A stretch of 64,000 nucleotides of DNA from assembly GCA_963786935.1 (NCBI GenBank), contig CAWBAN010000001.1, positions 1,312,001-1,376,000 on the forward strand. Direction: 5' to 3'. Positions 46,422 through 56,202 of the stretch are shown piece after piece (position 1 is the first letter of the stretch; each line of letters starts with the position of its first letter). The position numbers were made by a program, and so were the translations under genes. The notes under the pieces were generated by a model. It made no database searches, was not told where the DNA came from, and saw only the letters and a list, made by a program, of their open reading frames with translations. The DNA comes from an uncultured bacterium (GTDB lineage: Bacteria; Krumholzibacteriota; Krumholzibacteriia; Krumholzibacteriales; Krumholzibacteriaceae).

Positions 46422-47663
46422 TCAGTCGACCGGGAAGGTGATGAGAAACGTCGCTCCTCTGCCGGGCTGCGACTCGAGCACCTTGATCGTGCCGCCGTGG
46501 ATATCCTCGACGATGCGCTTCACGAGGGAAAGCCCGAGACCCCAGCCGCGGCTCTTCGTCGTGAATCCCGGCGAGAAGACGCGCTTGCGCACCCCGGGGC
46601 TCATGCCCTTCCCGTTGTCGCTGAAGCGAATCTCGACGCGGCGGTCGCGCTCGTTCATCCGGCACTGGATGTGAATCTTCCCCTCGTCCCCCGAGGTCGC
46701 GTCGAGCGAATTCTTGATCATGTTCTCGAGCACCCAGCCGATGAGCTCCGCGCTGCACCGGATGAGGGGAAGCTCGTCCGACTCGGTCGTGATCGTCGAA
46801 TTGATCTTGAGCGACGGACGCCGCCGCTCGAAGTAACGCACCGTCTCGTCGACGATCGGGGCGAGCTCGCGCAGCTCGAGTTTCGGCGCCGATCCGATCT
46901 TGCTGAAGCGCGCGGAGATCTTGCTCAGCCGGTCGACGTCCGTTTCGACCTCGTCGATCGCCATCGAGAGCTTCTCCGAACCGCGCGAGGCTGTGAGCTC
47001 TTCGCGTATCATGGCGATCCATCCCATGATCGAGGAGAGCGGCGTGCCGAGCTGATGGGCCGTCTCCTTCGCCATGCCCACCCAGATCGACCGCTGCTCT
47101 CCGCTCTTCACGGCGCGGAAGCCGAGGAATCCGAAGAGGACGAAGACCCCGAAGACGCCGATCTGGACGTACTGCGCGACGGCGAGCTCCCGCGAGAGCG
47201 ACGACGGGCCGTAATGGAGCACCGCCCGCAGCTTCTCCGACTCGATCGACACCGGCTCGTTCACGCGGTCGTACGCGATCGCCTTCCGCTGGACCTTTTC
47301 GAGCAACGAGTCGTTCGGCGCGGCGGGATCGTAGCCGATCAGCCGGCCGTACTCGTCCGGACCGAGCGGGGGGATCCCGATCTGCTGATTCCAGATCATC
47401 GGCCTGCCCGCGGCGTCGGTGATGATGAACGGCGCGTTCAGGTCGCGGAGCGTCTCGCGAATGAATTCGATGCTGCCCCGGTCGTCGAGCCGGTCGATCT
47501 GCAGTCCGATGAAGCGGGCATACTGGCTCGTCGTCCGCGCGGACTGCGCTTTCATCTTCTTGATGATGCCGTTATTGTACACGAGGGCGAACGCGACGAC
47601 GATGACGCTGCCCGCGATGATATACACCTTGAGGAGAAACGGAAAATTGCGTGGCGCCCTCAT
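46422..47663 (-). CDS. Membrane sensor histidine kinase
   Basis: Two TM segments, WVGMAKETAHQLGTPLSS, ENMIKNSLDA, DNGKG, FTTKSRGWGLGL. Confidence 0.92.
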   Translation of the reverse strand: MRAPRNFPFLLKVYIIAGSVIVVAFALVYNNGIIKKMKAQSARTTSQYARFIGLQIDRLDDRGSIEFIRETLRDLNAPFIITDAAGRPMIWNQQIGIPPLGPDEYGRLIGYDPAAPNDSLLEKVQRKAIAYDRVNEPVSIESEKLRAVLHYGPSSLSRELAVAQYVQIGVFGVFVLFGFLGFRAVKSGEQRSIWVGMAKETAHQLGTPLSSIMGWIAMIREELTASRGSEKLSMAIDEVETDVDRLSKISARFSKIGSAPKLELRELAPIVDETVRYFERRRPSLKINSTITTESDELPLIRCSAELIGWVLENMIKNSLDATSGDEGKIHIQCRMNERDRRVEIRFSDNGKGMSPGVRKRVFSPGFTTKSRGWGLGLSLVKRIVEDIHGGTIKVLESQPGRGATFLITFPVD

Positions 47664-47670
47664 GGTTCGA

Positions 47671-48942
47671 TCAGGCCTCGAGGTATTCCCTGCCCCCCAG
47701 GTAGGGGACGAGGGCACGGGGGACGCGGACCTTGCCGGTCGGCGTCTGGTTGAGCTCGAGGATCGTCGCGATGACCCGCGGGAGCGCGAGCCCCGAGCCG
47801 TTCAGCGTATGCACGAACTCGGGCTTCTCGTTCGGCCGCCGCTTGAAACGGATGTTCGCGCGGCGCGCCTGAAAATCCTCGAAGTTGCTGCATGATGAAA
47901 CCTCGAGCCAGCGTCCCATCGCGGGCGCGAACGTCTCGAGGTCGTAGCACTTCGCGGCGCCGAAGCTCATATCCATCGTGCAGAGCTCGATGACGCGATG
48001 GGGAATTTCGAGTGCCTCGAGCACGGCGGTCGCGTCGCGGGTGAGCGATTCGAGCTCCTCGTACGACGACTCGGGGTGCGCGAGCTTCACCATCTCGACC
48101 TTGTCGAACTGATGCACGCGCACGAGCCCCTTCGTGTCCTGCCCGTAGCTCCCCGCTTCGCGGCGGAAGCACGGGCTGAACGCGGTGAGCTTGACCGGCA
48201 TGCGCGCGGCGTCGAGCACGGCGCCGCGGTACATGTTGGTGAGCGGCACTTCCGCGGTCGGAATGAGGAACAGATCGTCCTTTTCGCTGTGGTACATGTC
48301 TTCGGCCAGCTTCGGGAGCTGTCCCGTGCCGATCATGCAGTCGCGATTCACGAGGTACGGCACCGAAACCTCCTCGTACCCCTGCGCGCGATGCAGGTCG
48401 ATCATGAAGTTGACGAGCGCCCGCGACAGATGCGCGCCCTCGCCGCGAAGCACGACGAAGCCCCTGCCGCTCAGGCAGCTGCCGGTGGCGACGTCGAGGA
48501 TCCCGAGCTTCTCGCCGATATCCCAGTGCGGGAGGATGCCGTCGAACGGCTCGGGAACCGCCCCCCAGGACCGCCGCACCACGTTGTGATCCGGGCAGGT
48601 CCCGTACGGCGCCGACTCGTGGGGAAGATTCGGGATGAGGAGCGCCTGCTCGTCGATCCGCGCGCCGAGCTCCTTGAGCTCCGCGTCGATTTCCTTGATC
48701 CGGTCGGAGGACCGTTTCATCCGAGCGAGAATCTCGGTCGCGTCGCGGTTCTCCTTCTTGAGGCGCGATATCTCCTGTGAAGCCTCGTTGCGCTCGTGTT
48801 TGAGCGTTTCCGTCTCCTGAATGAGCGCGCGCAGCTTCTCGTCGAGCGCGATGAACGCGTCGAGATCGAACGACGAGCCCTTTCGCCTGAGGCCCTCCCG
48901 CACCCGTTCGGGATCTTTTCGAATGAGTTTCCGGTCGAGCAT
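47671..48942 (-). CDS. serS: Serine--tRNA ligase
   Basis: GTGQLPK, LIPTAEVP, FRREAGSYG, RVHQFDKVE, EVSSCSN, HTLNGSGLA. Confidence 0.97.
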   Translation of the reverse strand: MLDRKLIRKDPERVREGLRRKGSSFDLDAFIALDEKLRALIQETETLKHERNEASQEISRLKKENRDATEILARMKRSSDRIKEIDAELKELGARIDEQALLIPNLPHESAPYGTCPDHNVVRRSWGAVPEPFDGILPHWDIGEKLGILDVATGSCLSGRGFVVLRGEGAHLSRALVNFMIDLHRAQGYEEVSVPYLVNRDCMIGTGQLPKLAEDMYHSEKDDLFLIPTAEVPLTNMYRGAVLDAARMPVKLTAFSPCFRREAGSYGQDTKGLVRVHQFDKVEMVKLAHPESSYEELESLTRDATAVLEALEIPHRVIELCTMDMSFGAAKCYDLETFAPAMGRWLEVSSCSNFEDFQARRANIRFKRRPNEKPEFVHTLNGSGLALPRVIATILELNQTPTGKVRVPRALVPYLGGREYLEA

Positions 48943-48946
48943 ACCG

Positions 48947-49882
48947 TCAGCCGTTTCCCCTCGGTTTCCTGAACGAGGCGACGATCTCCTCCCCGCCGGC
49001 CGCGAGAAGCTCGCCGGCGAGCTTCTCGACGATCCGCGCGCGGTCCGAGATCGCCCCGCTCATGATCCCGGTGATCTTTTCCGATCCGTCGACGGCGACG
49101 ATCGCCGCCTCGATCTCGAACTGATTCTCTTCGACGTTGGCGAGCACGCCGACGGGGGCCCGTCCGTCCTTCGCGACGCGCTCGAGGAACATCCGCTCGA
49201 TCTCGACTTCCGTCGCCGCCGATCGATCGCCGACGTCGCGGAGCATCGCGACGATCTCCTTCTTATCGCGATGGCCGACGAGCGCGAGCGCGCCCTGCCC
49301 CGCGACGGGCGTGCAGATCGACGTCGTGAATACCTCGGCGACGTGCTCCTGCTGATTGAGCATCTCGACGTCGGAAGCCGGATACACGAACGCGTCGACC
49401 CTTCCGCGGTTCATCGCCGCGAAGAAACCGTTAAAATCGTCGTCGCCGCTCACGATCTTGAGATCGCTCCGGTAATAGAGAATCTGCCCGCGTTTCACCG
49501 GATCGCCGACCGCGACGCTCGCGCCCTCGGGCTGTTCGTCGAGAATGAGGCTCTCGAGCGATACGAGCGCGTCGAAGGGATTCGTGCGGGCGAATACCGC
49601 GGCGATCTCGAGCGCGCCGGCGATCTGGAGCGGAATCATGCACGCGTCCAGCACGGCGACGTCGATCTCCCCTTTTCCGAGACGCTGGAGCAGGGTCGCC
49701 GCCCGGCGCGCGCCGAGCTTCCGGCCCGCCGGCGCCCGATCCTCGCGCGCCGGCCCGTCCGGACCGTCGACGAACCCCGCGCTCGGGTGCGCCTCGGCGA
49801 GCGCGGCGCGCACGCGGGCGCGGCCGAGCATCGAGAGCACATCCCCCACGCTTCCGACGATGATATGTTTCGCCCGTCCCAT
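48947..49882 (-). CDS. HemC (porphobilinogen deaminase)-fold protein, predicted catalytically inactive
   Basis: Colinear with HemC (DVAV, R.NPFDALV, PVAGQGAL, IERMFL, PVG, DGSE, LAGELLAAGG), but catalytic motifs are replaced. Confidence 0.8.
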   Translation of the reverse strand: MGRAKHIIVGSVGDVLSMLGRARVRAALAEAHPSAGFVDGPDGPAREDRAPAGRKLGARRAATLLQRLGKGEIDVAVLDACMIPLQIAGALEIAAVFARTNPFDALVSLESLILDEQPEGASVAVGDPVKRGQILYYRSDLKIVSGDDDFNGFFAAMNRGRVDAFVYPASDVEMLNQQEHVAEVFTTSICTPVAGQGALALVGHRDKKEIVAMLRDVGDRSAATEVEIERMFLERVAKDGRAPVGVLANVEENQFEIEAAIVAVDGSEKITGIMSGAISDRARIVEKLAGELLAAGGEEIVASFRKPRGNG

Positions 49883-49990
49883 GACTTCTCCCCTGCGCGC
49901 GTGCGACACGCAAAAAATCCCGAGCACGAAGCTATCACAGCGCTCCGAAAAACGCAATTGGAAAGACGGCGGCGCGGAACGAAGACCGGG

Positions 49991-51097
49991 CTATCGCTGG
50001 CGCGCGACGCCCTGCGTGGAGGTGATGCCGCACACGCCGAGGATTTCCTCCTCGGCCGCGACGGGAAGCTTGAAGCGCACCATCGACCGGAGCGACGCGA
50101 CGAACACGAGCAGCGCGAGGGCGAACGCCGCGCCCAGCGCGACGGCGTTCCCCCGCATCGTCAGAACGCCGAGCGCGCCGAATACGGCGGACACTCCCCA
50201 GAGGATGAGATCGACGCTCCGCGCCGAACGATACCGGTAGAGGAGCATGTGATGGATATGCCGGTGATCGGCTTCGAACACGGGACGGCGTGTGAGGATC
50301 CGCCGCGTGAACGCGAGCGACGTGTCGAGGATCGGCACGGCGAGAATCATGACGTTTCCGGCGATCCGGTAGAAGACACGTTCTCCCGGCACCACGAGGA
50401 GCAGCGAAACGAGCCCGAACAGGAGGCCGAGGAAGAGACTGCCCGAATCTCCCATGAAGATCGTCGCCGGCGGAAAATTGTATCTGAGGAAGGAGAGCGC
50501 GGCGCCGCACACGACGAGCGAAACCGCGACGACGAGCGGCTGGCCGAAGAGTTGGCCGGCGACGGCGAACGACACTCCCGCGATGAACGCGAGCCCCGAG
50601 GCGAGCCCGTCGAGCCCGTCGATCAGGTTGAACGAGGTCGTCACGACGAGCATCCAGACGGCGATCGCGACGAACAGCGGCGGCAGCAGATGCGCGGCGA
50701 TGCGCGACGCGCCGAAATGCAGGAGGAGCGCGAGCCCCACGGCGGCCACGAAAACGGAAACGGCGACCTGCAGGATGAGCTTATATATATAATGAAGGCT
50801 CCGCAGATCGTCGATGATGCCGAGGAGAAAGACGAGAAAACCGCTCGCGATCAGCACCGGCGTGAACGCCTGGACGACCGGACTGTGGGGAAGGAAAAAC
50901 AGGAAGAGGGGAAGGAGCGTAAAGAGTATCGCGCCGATGATGCCGACGCCGCCGATATGAACGATGTCCCTGCTCGTGCGGCCGTTCGGCTTCTCGCATA
51001 TTCGCAGCCGCGACGCCATGCCGCGAACGAGCGGCGTGAAAAGCGACCCGAGCGCGAACGAAAGAACGACCGCCAGCAAAAGCCCGATTCTCGTCAC
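49991..51097 (-). CDS. MraY/WecA-family undecaprenyl-phosphate GlcNAc-1-phosphate transferase
   Basis: LGIIDD, FNLIDGLDGLA, NFPPATIFMGDSGS, ADHRHIHH. Confidence 0.92.
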   Translation of the reverse strand: MTRIGLLLAVVLSFALGSLFTPLVRGMASRLRICEKPNGRTSRDIVHIGGVGIIGAILFTLLPLFLFFLPHSPVVQAFTPVLIASGFLVFLLGIIDDLRSLHYIYKLILQVAVSVFVAAVGLALLLHFGASRIAAHLLPPLFVAIAVWMLVVTTSFNLIDGLDGLASGLAFIAGVSFAVAGQLFGQPLVVAVSLVVCGAALSFLRYNFPPATIFMGDSGSLFLGLLFGLVSLLLVVPGERVFYRIAGNVMILAVPILDTSLAFTRRILTRRPVFEADHRHIHHMLLYRYRSARSVDLILWGVSAVFGALGVLTMRGNAVALGAAFALALLVFVASLRSMVRFKLPVAAEEEILGVCGITSTQGVARQR

Positions 51098-51131
51098 GCT
51101 TCCTCTCCTCGGTATCCGTGCTTCTCTTTAA

Positions 51132-51160
51132 AGCATTGAACATCCGGACTGACGTGTCAA
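51132..51160 (-). promoter_or_regulatory. Possible sigma70 promoter upstream of the wecA-like gene
   Basis: TTGACA-N17-AATGCT (weak -10). Confidence 0.4.
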
Positions 51161-51221
51161 GCGGGAGTTTCGGCGAAACGCCGGGCGCGATCGCGCGCGG
51201 AACGCGCGGGCGCGCGACGGA

Positions 51222-52687
51222 TCATTTCCCGACGGGAAGCAGGCTTCTCGCGCGCCGCAGGTCGTCTTTCCCGATGACCCGCAGGGCGCACAGCATCGCG
51301 GCGAATCCCCCCAGCAGAGCGAACCGGTGCCAGAGCTCGAGCCCGACGCGGTAGTGCAGGTAGTAGTAGACGAGTCCGGTGACGATGACGGTCGCCAGAA
51401 TCCTCGCGAGCTTCCCGAACTCGTAGGCGACCGGATATATCCTGCGCGTGACGAGGAAGAGCGAGACGGCCATGGTAACATAGCTGGCCAGCACGGCGAG
51501 CGCGGCTCCCATGATTCCCAGCCGCGGGATCAGCAGAAGGTTGGCCGCCACGTTGACCAGCGCGCCCGCCCCGGTCACCAGGGGGAAGTACTTCGTCTTT
51601 TCCTCTATATATATCCCGGCCTGCAGGTTGACGTAGATGCCGTTGAAAAGATAGGCCAGCAGGATGACCGGCACCACGACGAGCCCGGGAAGGAAATGCC
51701 CTTCGATGAGCGTCCGTCCGGCGGCGTATTCGAGGGAAGCGATGTCGTCGATGAACAGGGAAACGACGACCCAGAGCACGCTCGCGGCCAGGACGAACAG
51801 CGTCATGATCGTGGCGAACATCTCCTTGGCGTTCTTCTCCCGGGCGTTGTTCAGGAAGAACGGCTGCCAGGCGTACTGGAACATGGAAACCACGAGCATC
51901 ATGAAAATGCCGAGCTTGTGCCCGGTCTGGTACAGCCCGAGCGTGTCGGCGTCGGTCAAGGCCAGGACGATCGGGCGATCGATGACCTGCACCATCATCG
52001 ATGCCAGGCTGGCCGGCAGATAGGGCAGGCCGAAGCGCAGCATCTGTCGCAGCTGAAATCCTTGGATCCGGAAGCACAGCCTCGGCCAGATCTCCGGCAG
52101 GAGCGCGAGGAACGTCACGGCGGAGGCGATCAGATTGGCGACGAAAATGGCCTCGATGCCCAGGTGGAACGTGATGAAGAACAGGAGGTTCAATCCGAGG
52201 TTGAGCAGGATGTTGCACGAGCTTGATGGCGGCGAATTTGCTTCGCCTTCCGCTCCAGGCGCAGATTGGCGAAGGGTATCAACGCCGCGGTGTCGAAGAG
52301 CAGGATGAAGATGACGTAGAAGACCAGCTTGCGGTACAGGCCGGGGACGGCCATCAGCTGCCGAAGGGCGCGCGCAGCACCAGCAGCAGCGCGGTGAGGG
52401 CCACGGTCGACAGGACGACGAACAGGTAGGCCGTCGAAAACACTCTGTTTCTTCTGCTCCGGGACGGCCAGCGAGCTGTATTTCATGAACGCGGCGTCCA
52501 TCCCGTAAATGTAGACGATGTTCAGGAACGCCAGGTACGCGTAGATGTTGGCGTAGACGCCCATGTCGGCGGGCGAGATGAAATGGGTATAGAACGGAAC
52601 GAGCAGAAAGCCGAGGAAACGGCCCACGATGGTGGAAATGCCGTAGATCGCCGTGTCCCTGGTCAGCTCCTTGATCTTTTCACGCAT
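51222..52687 (-). CDS. Wzx-type polysaccharide flippase, frameshifted in this sequence
   Basis: MREKIKELTRDTAIYGISTIVGRFLGFLLVPFYT, ANLRLE, LRFGLP, IDR, LGLYQ, FQYAWQPFF, NLLLIP. Several single-base shifts between ~52200 and 52450. Confidence 0.8.
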
Positions 52688-52722
52688 GTTTCCCGCCGGG
52701 GATTGGCCGATCCGTCGCGCGA

Positions 52723-53815
52723 TCAGGCCGGGAACTGCCGTTCGAGAACGTCGGCGATCCGCTCCGCGGTCCTCCCGTCCCAGAGGGGCGGAACGCGATG
52801 GGGGCGCGCGGGACCCGCGAGAATGCGCGCCGCCTCGTCACGGATCGCGCCGGGATCGGATCCGACGAGAACGTTCGTGCCGATCTCGACCGTGATCGGC
52901 CGCTCGGTGTTCTCGCGCACCGTGATGCACGGCACGCCGAGCACCGTCGTCTCTTCCTGGATGCCGCCCGAATCGGTGATGACGATGCGCGCGTGGCGCA
53001 TCGCCTTGACGAAATCGAGGTAGCCGAGCGGCTCGATGAGCTTCAGCCCGTCGGGAATCTCGACCGCGCCGCGCGACGAATCGATCGTTTTGCGCGTCCG
53101 CGGATGGACCGGAAAGATCACGGGAGATCGAGCGCGAGAGCCCGGCGAGCGCCTCCATGATGCCGGCGAACACCCCTCCCTCGTCGACGTTGGACGGCCG
53201 GTGCAGCGTGACGAGCACGTATCCGCCGGGAGCGGCGCCGAGATCATCGAGCGCGCGGGAGCGCTCCGCCTTCTCGAGGTAGAACAGGAGCGAATCGATC
53301 ATGATGTTGCCGACGAAAAAGATCCGCTCGGGCCCCACTCCCTCGCGCAGCAGATTCGTCTCCGCTTCCGGAGAGGTCGTGAAACAGTAGCGCGAGAGGA
53401 TATCGGTGACCATGCGGTTGATCTCCTCGGGCATCGCGAGATCGAAGCTCCGGAGCCCCGCCTCGACGTGGGCGACGGGGACGAGCGCCTTCGCCGCGAC
53501 GAGCGAGCATGCCAGGGTCGAGTTCACGTCCCCGACGACGATGATGAGATCGGGACGCTCGCGCGCGACGACCGCTTCGAACGCGATCATGATCCGCGCG
53601 GTTTGCTCCGCGTGGGATCCGGAGCCGACGCCGAGATGAATATCGGGCTCGGGAAGCTCGAGATCGTGGAAGAAGACCCGCGACATGTTCTCGTCGTAGT
53701 GCTGCCCCGTATGGATCAGCGTGCATTCGAAGCGGCCGCGCTTCCGGAACTCGCGGATGAGCGGCGCCGCCTTCATGAAATTCGGGCGGGCGCCGACGAT
53801 GACGGTCGCCTTCAC
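52723..53815 (-). CDS. wecB: UDP-N-acetylglucosamine 2-epimerase (non-hydrolysing), one frameshift near 53125-53135
   Basis: GTG 53815: VGARPNFMK, HTGQHYD, VGDVNST, HVEAGLRS, PEEINR, TLHRPSNVD. After the shift: PVIFPVHPRT, TDSGGIQEE, RENTERP, LWDG. Confidence 0.88.
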
Positions 53816-54846
53816 CGTTTCTCCTTTCGCCGGGACGACTCCCCGATCCGCGAACGGTAGAGCTTCGCGTAGTATCGCTTGAAGCTCCCCTCCTTGACCG
53901 GCTTCCACCAGAGCGCGTTCCGCTCGTACCAGCGCACGGTGCGCTCGAGGCCCTCGTCGAATTCGACCTGCGGACGCCACCCGAGGGCGCGGATCTTCCG
54001 CGCGTCGAGGGAGTAGCGCCAGTCGTGCCCCGGGCGATCGGAGACGAATGTGAGGAGCTTCTCGTCGGCGCCGGTGAGCTCGATGATCGCGCGGGCGATC
54101 TCGATGTTCGGACGCTCCTCGCCCGCGCCGATGTTGTACGCCTCCCCCACGGCCCCGCGGCGCCCGACGAACTCGATCGCGCGGCAGTTGTCCTCGACGT
54201 AGATCCAGTCGCGGACGTTCGAGCCGTCGCCGTAGATCGGGAGCGGCTTGCCCTCGATCGCGTTCGTGATGAAGAGCGGGATGAATTTCTCCGGGTGCTG
54301 GTACGGCCCGTAGTTGTTCGAGCTCCGCGTGATCACCGCGGGAAAGCCGTACGTCTTGTGGAACGCGCGCACGAGGAGATCGGCGCCCGACTTGCTCGCC
54401 GAGTAGGGGCTGTTCGGCTGCACGGGATCGCTCTCGCGGAAGCTCCCGCGCGCCGTGCTGCCGTATACCTCGTCCGTCGACACCTGGACGAACCGGGGCA
54501 CGCGCGCCTTGAGCGCGCGCTGCAGGAGCACGTACGTGCCGAGCACGTCCGTCTTCACGAAGCTCCCCGCCTCGAGAATCGAGCGGTCGACGTGCGTCTC
54601 CGCGGCGAAGTTGTATACGATGTCGACGCCGGGGAGCAGCTCGTCGAGCAGACGCGCGTCGCAGATGTCGCCGCGAACGAACCGGAAATCCTTCCGCCCC
54701 ATGAATTCGCGCAGGTTGTCGAGATTGCCGGCGTAGGTGAGCTTGTCGAGAACGACGATCTCCGCCCTCCGCCGCTGCCGGCGGAGATACCGGATGAAAT
54801 TCGATCCGATGAATCCCGCTCCGCCCGTGATAAGGATCTTCCGCAT
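53812..54846 (-). CDS. rfbB: dTDP-glucose 4,6-dehydratase
   Basis: TGGAGFIGSNF, DKLTYAGN, AAETHVDRSI, STDEVYG, YSASK, NNYGPYQ, DRPGHD. Confidence 0.95.
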   Translation of the reverse strand: MRKILITGGAGFIGSNFIRYLRRQRRRAEIVVLDKLTYAGNLDNLREFMGRKDFRFVRGDICDARLLDELLPGVDIVYNFAAETHVDRSILEAGSFVKTDVLGTYVLLQRALKARVPRFVQVSTDEVYGSTARGSFRESDPVQPNSPYSASKSGADLLVRAFHKTYGFPAVITRSSNNYGPYQHPEKFIPLFITNAIEGKPLPIYGDGSNVRDWIYVEDNCRAIEFVGRRGAVGEAYNIGAGEERPNIEIARAIIELTGADEKLLTFVSDRPGHDWRYSLDARKIRALGWRPQVEFDEGLERTVRWYERNALWWKPVKEGSFKRYYAKLYRSRIGESSRRKEKR

Positions 54847-54888
54847 CGGCGCCTCCTTGCGGCCCGGCTGCGGGAGTCGCGCGGTCCG

Positions 54889-56202
54889 CTACCGCGCCGA
54901 TCTCCCGAACGAATGATACCTGAATCCCATCCGGTCCATCGTCTCCGGCTGGTAGACGTTCCGGCAATCGATCACGACGGGGCTCCGGAGCAGCTGTTTC
55001 ACCCGATCGAGATCGAGCACCCGGAACTCGTTCCATTCGGTCATGATGACGAGCGCGTCGGCGCCCCGGACGGCGCCGTACGAGTCCTCGCCGTACGCGA
55101 TCCGCGCGCCGTGAATCCGGCGCACGTTGTCCATCGCCGCGGGATCGTACGCGTTGACGCGCGCCCCGGCGGCGAGCAGGCGCTCGACGAGGCGGAGCGC
55201 CGGCGACTCGCGCACGTCGTCCGTGTTCGGCTTGAACGAGAGCCCGAGCACCGCGATCGTCTTCCCCGCCAGCGCCGGCAGCTCGCTCCCGATCTTCTCC
55301 ATGAGCCGGTCGAGGAGCGCCCGATTCACCTCGGACGCCGCCCTGATGACGCGAAGGGGCACGCCCGTCTCGTCGGCCGTGTGGATGACCGCCGCCACGT
55401 CCTTCGGCAGGCACGACCCGCCGTATCCGATGCCCGCGTGCAGGAACTTCGGCCCGATCCGGCGGTCGAGGCCCATCGCCCGCGCGACCTCGTCGACGTC
55501 GGCTCCCACCTTTTCGCAGAGCTCGGCGATCTCGTTGATGAACGAGATCTTCGTCGCGAGGAACGCGTTGCTCGCGTACTTGATGAGCTCGGCCGTCCGG
55601 ATGGACGTGAAAACGATCGGCGTTTCGAGGAGGTACAGCGGCCGGTAGATCTCGCCCATGATCTCCCGCGCGCGTTCGCTCTCGACGCCGATGACGACGC
55701 GGTTCGGGCGCATGAAATCCTCGATCGCCGAGCCTTCCCGGAGAAACTCGGGATTCGACACGCGGTCGAATTCGACCGGTCCCCGGAGGTTCTCCCGGAT
55801 GATCTCTCCGACGCGCTCGGACGTTCCGACGGGCACCGTGCTCTTCTGCACGAAGACGCGGTACTCGCGCATATGCGTGGCGATATCCTTCGCGACGGTG
55901 AACACCGACGACAGGTCGGCCGAGCCGTCCTCGCGCTCGGGCGTCCCGACCGCGCTGAAGATGACCTGCGAATCCTCGACGGCCGATTTGAGATCGGACG
56001 AGAACACGAGGCGTCCCGCCGAATAGTTGTGCGCGACGAGATCCTTGAGCCCCGGCTCGTAAATCGGCATGATTCCGTCGCGGATCGAGTCGAGCCGCGC
56101 CTCGTCGATGTCGACGCAGATCACGCGATTACCGAAATCGGCGAGACACGCGCCGCTCACGAGCCCCACGTAGCCGGTGCCGACCATGCAAATCTTGAAC
56201 AT
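54889..56202 (-). CDS. ugd: UDP-glucose 6-dehydrogenase
   Basis: GTGYVGL, KSTVPVGT, SNPEFLREG, KYASNAFLATKISF, GYGGSCLPKD, FKPNTDDVRE. Confidence 0.93.
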   Translation of the reverse strand: MFKICMVGTGYVGLVSGACLADFGNRVICVDIDEARLDSIRDGIMPIYEPGLKDLVAHNYSAGRLVFSSDLKSAVEDSQVIFSAVGTPEREDGSADLSSVFTVAKDIATHMREYRVFVQKSTVPVGTSERVGEIIRENLRGPVEFDRVSNPEFLREGSAIEDFMRPNRVVIGVESERAREIMGEIYRPLYLLETPIVFTSIRTAELIKYASNAFLATKISFINEIAELCEKVGADVDEVARAMGLDRRIGPKFLHAGIGYGGSCLPKDVAAVIHTADETGVPLRVIRAASEVNRALLDRLMEKIGSELPALAGKTIAVLGLSFKPNTDDVRESPALRLVERLLAAGARVNAYDPAAMDNVRRIHGARIAYGEDSYGAVRGADALVIMTEWNEFRVLDLDRVKQLLRSPVVIDCRNVYQPETMDRMGFRYHSFGRSAR

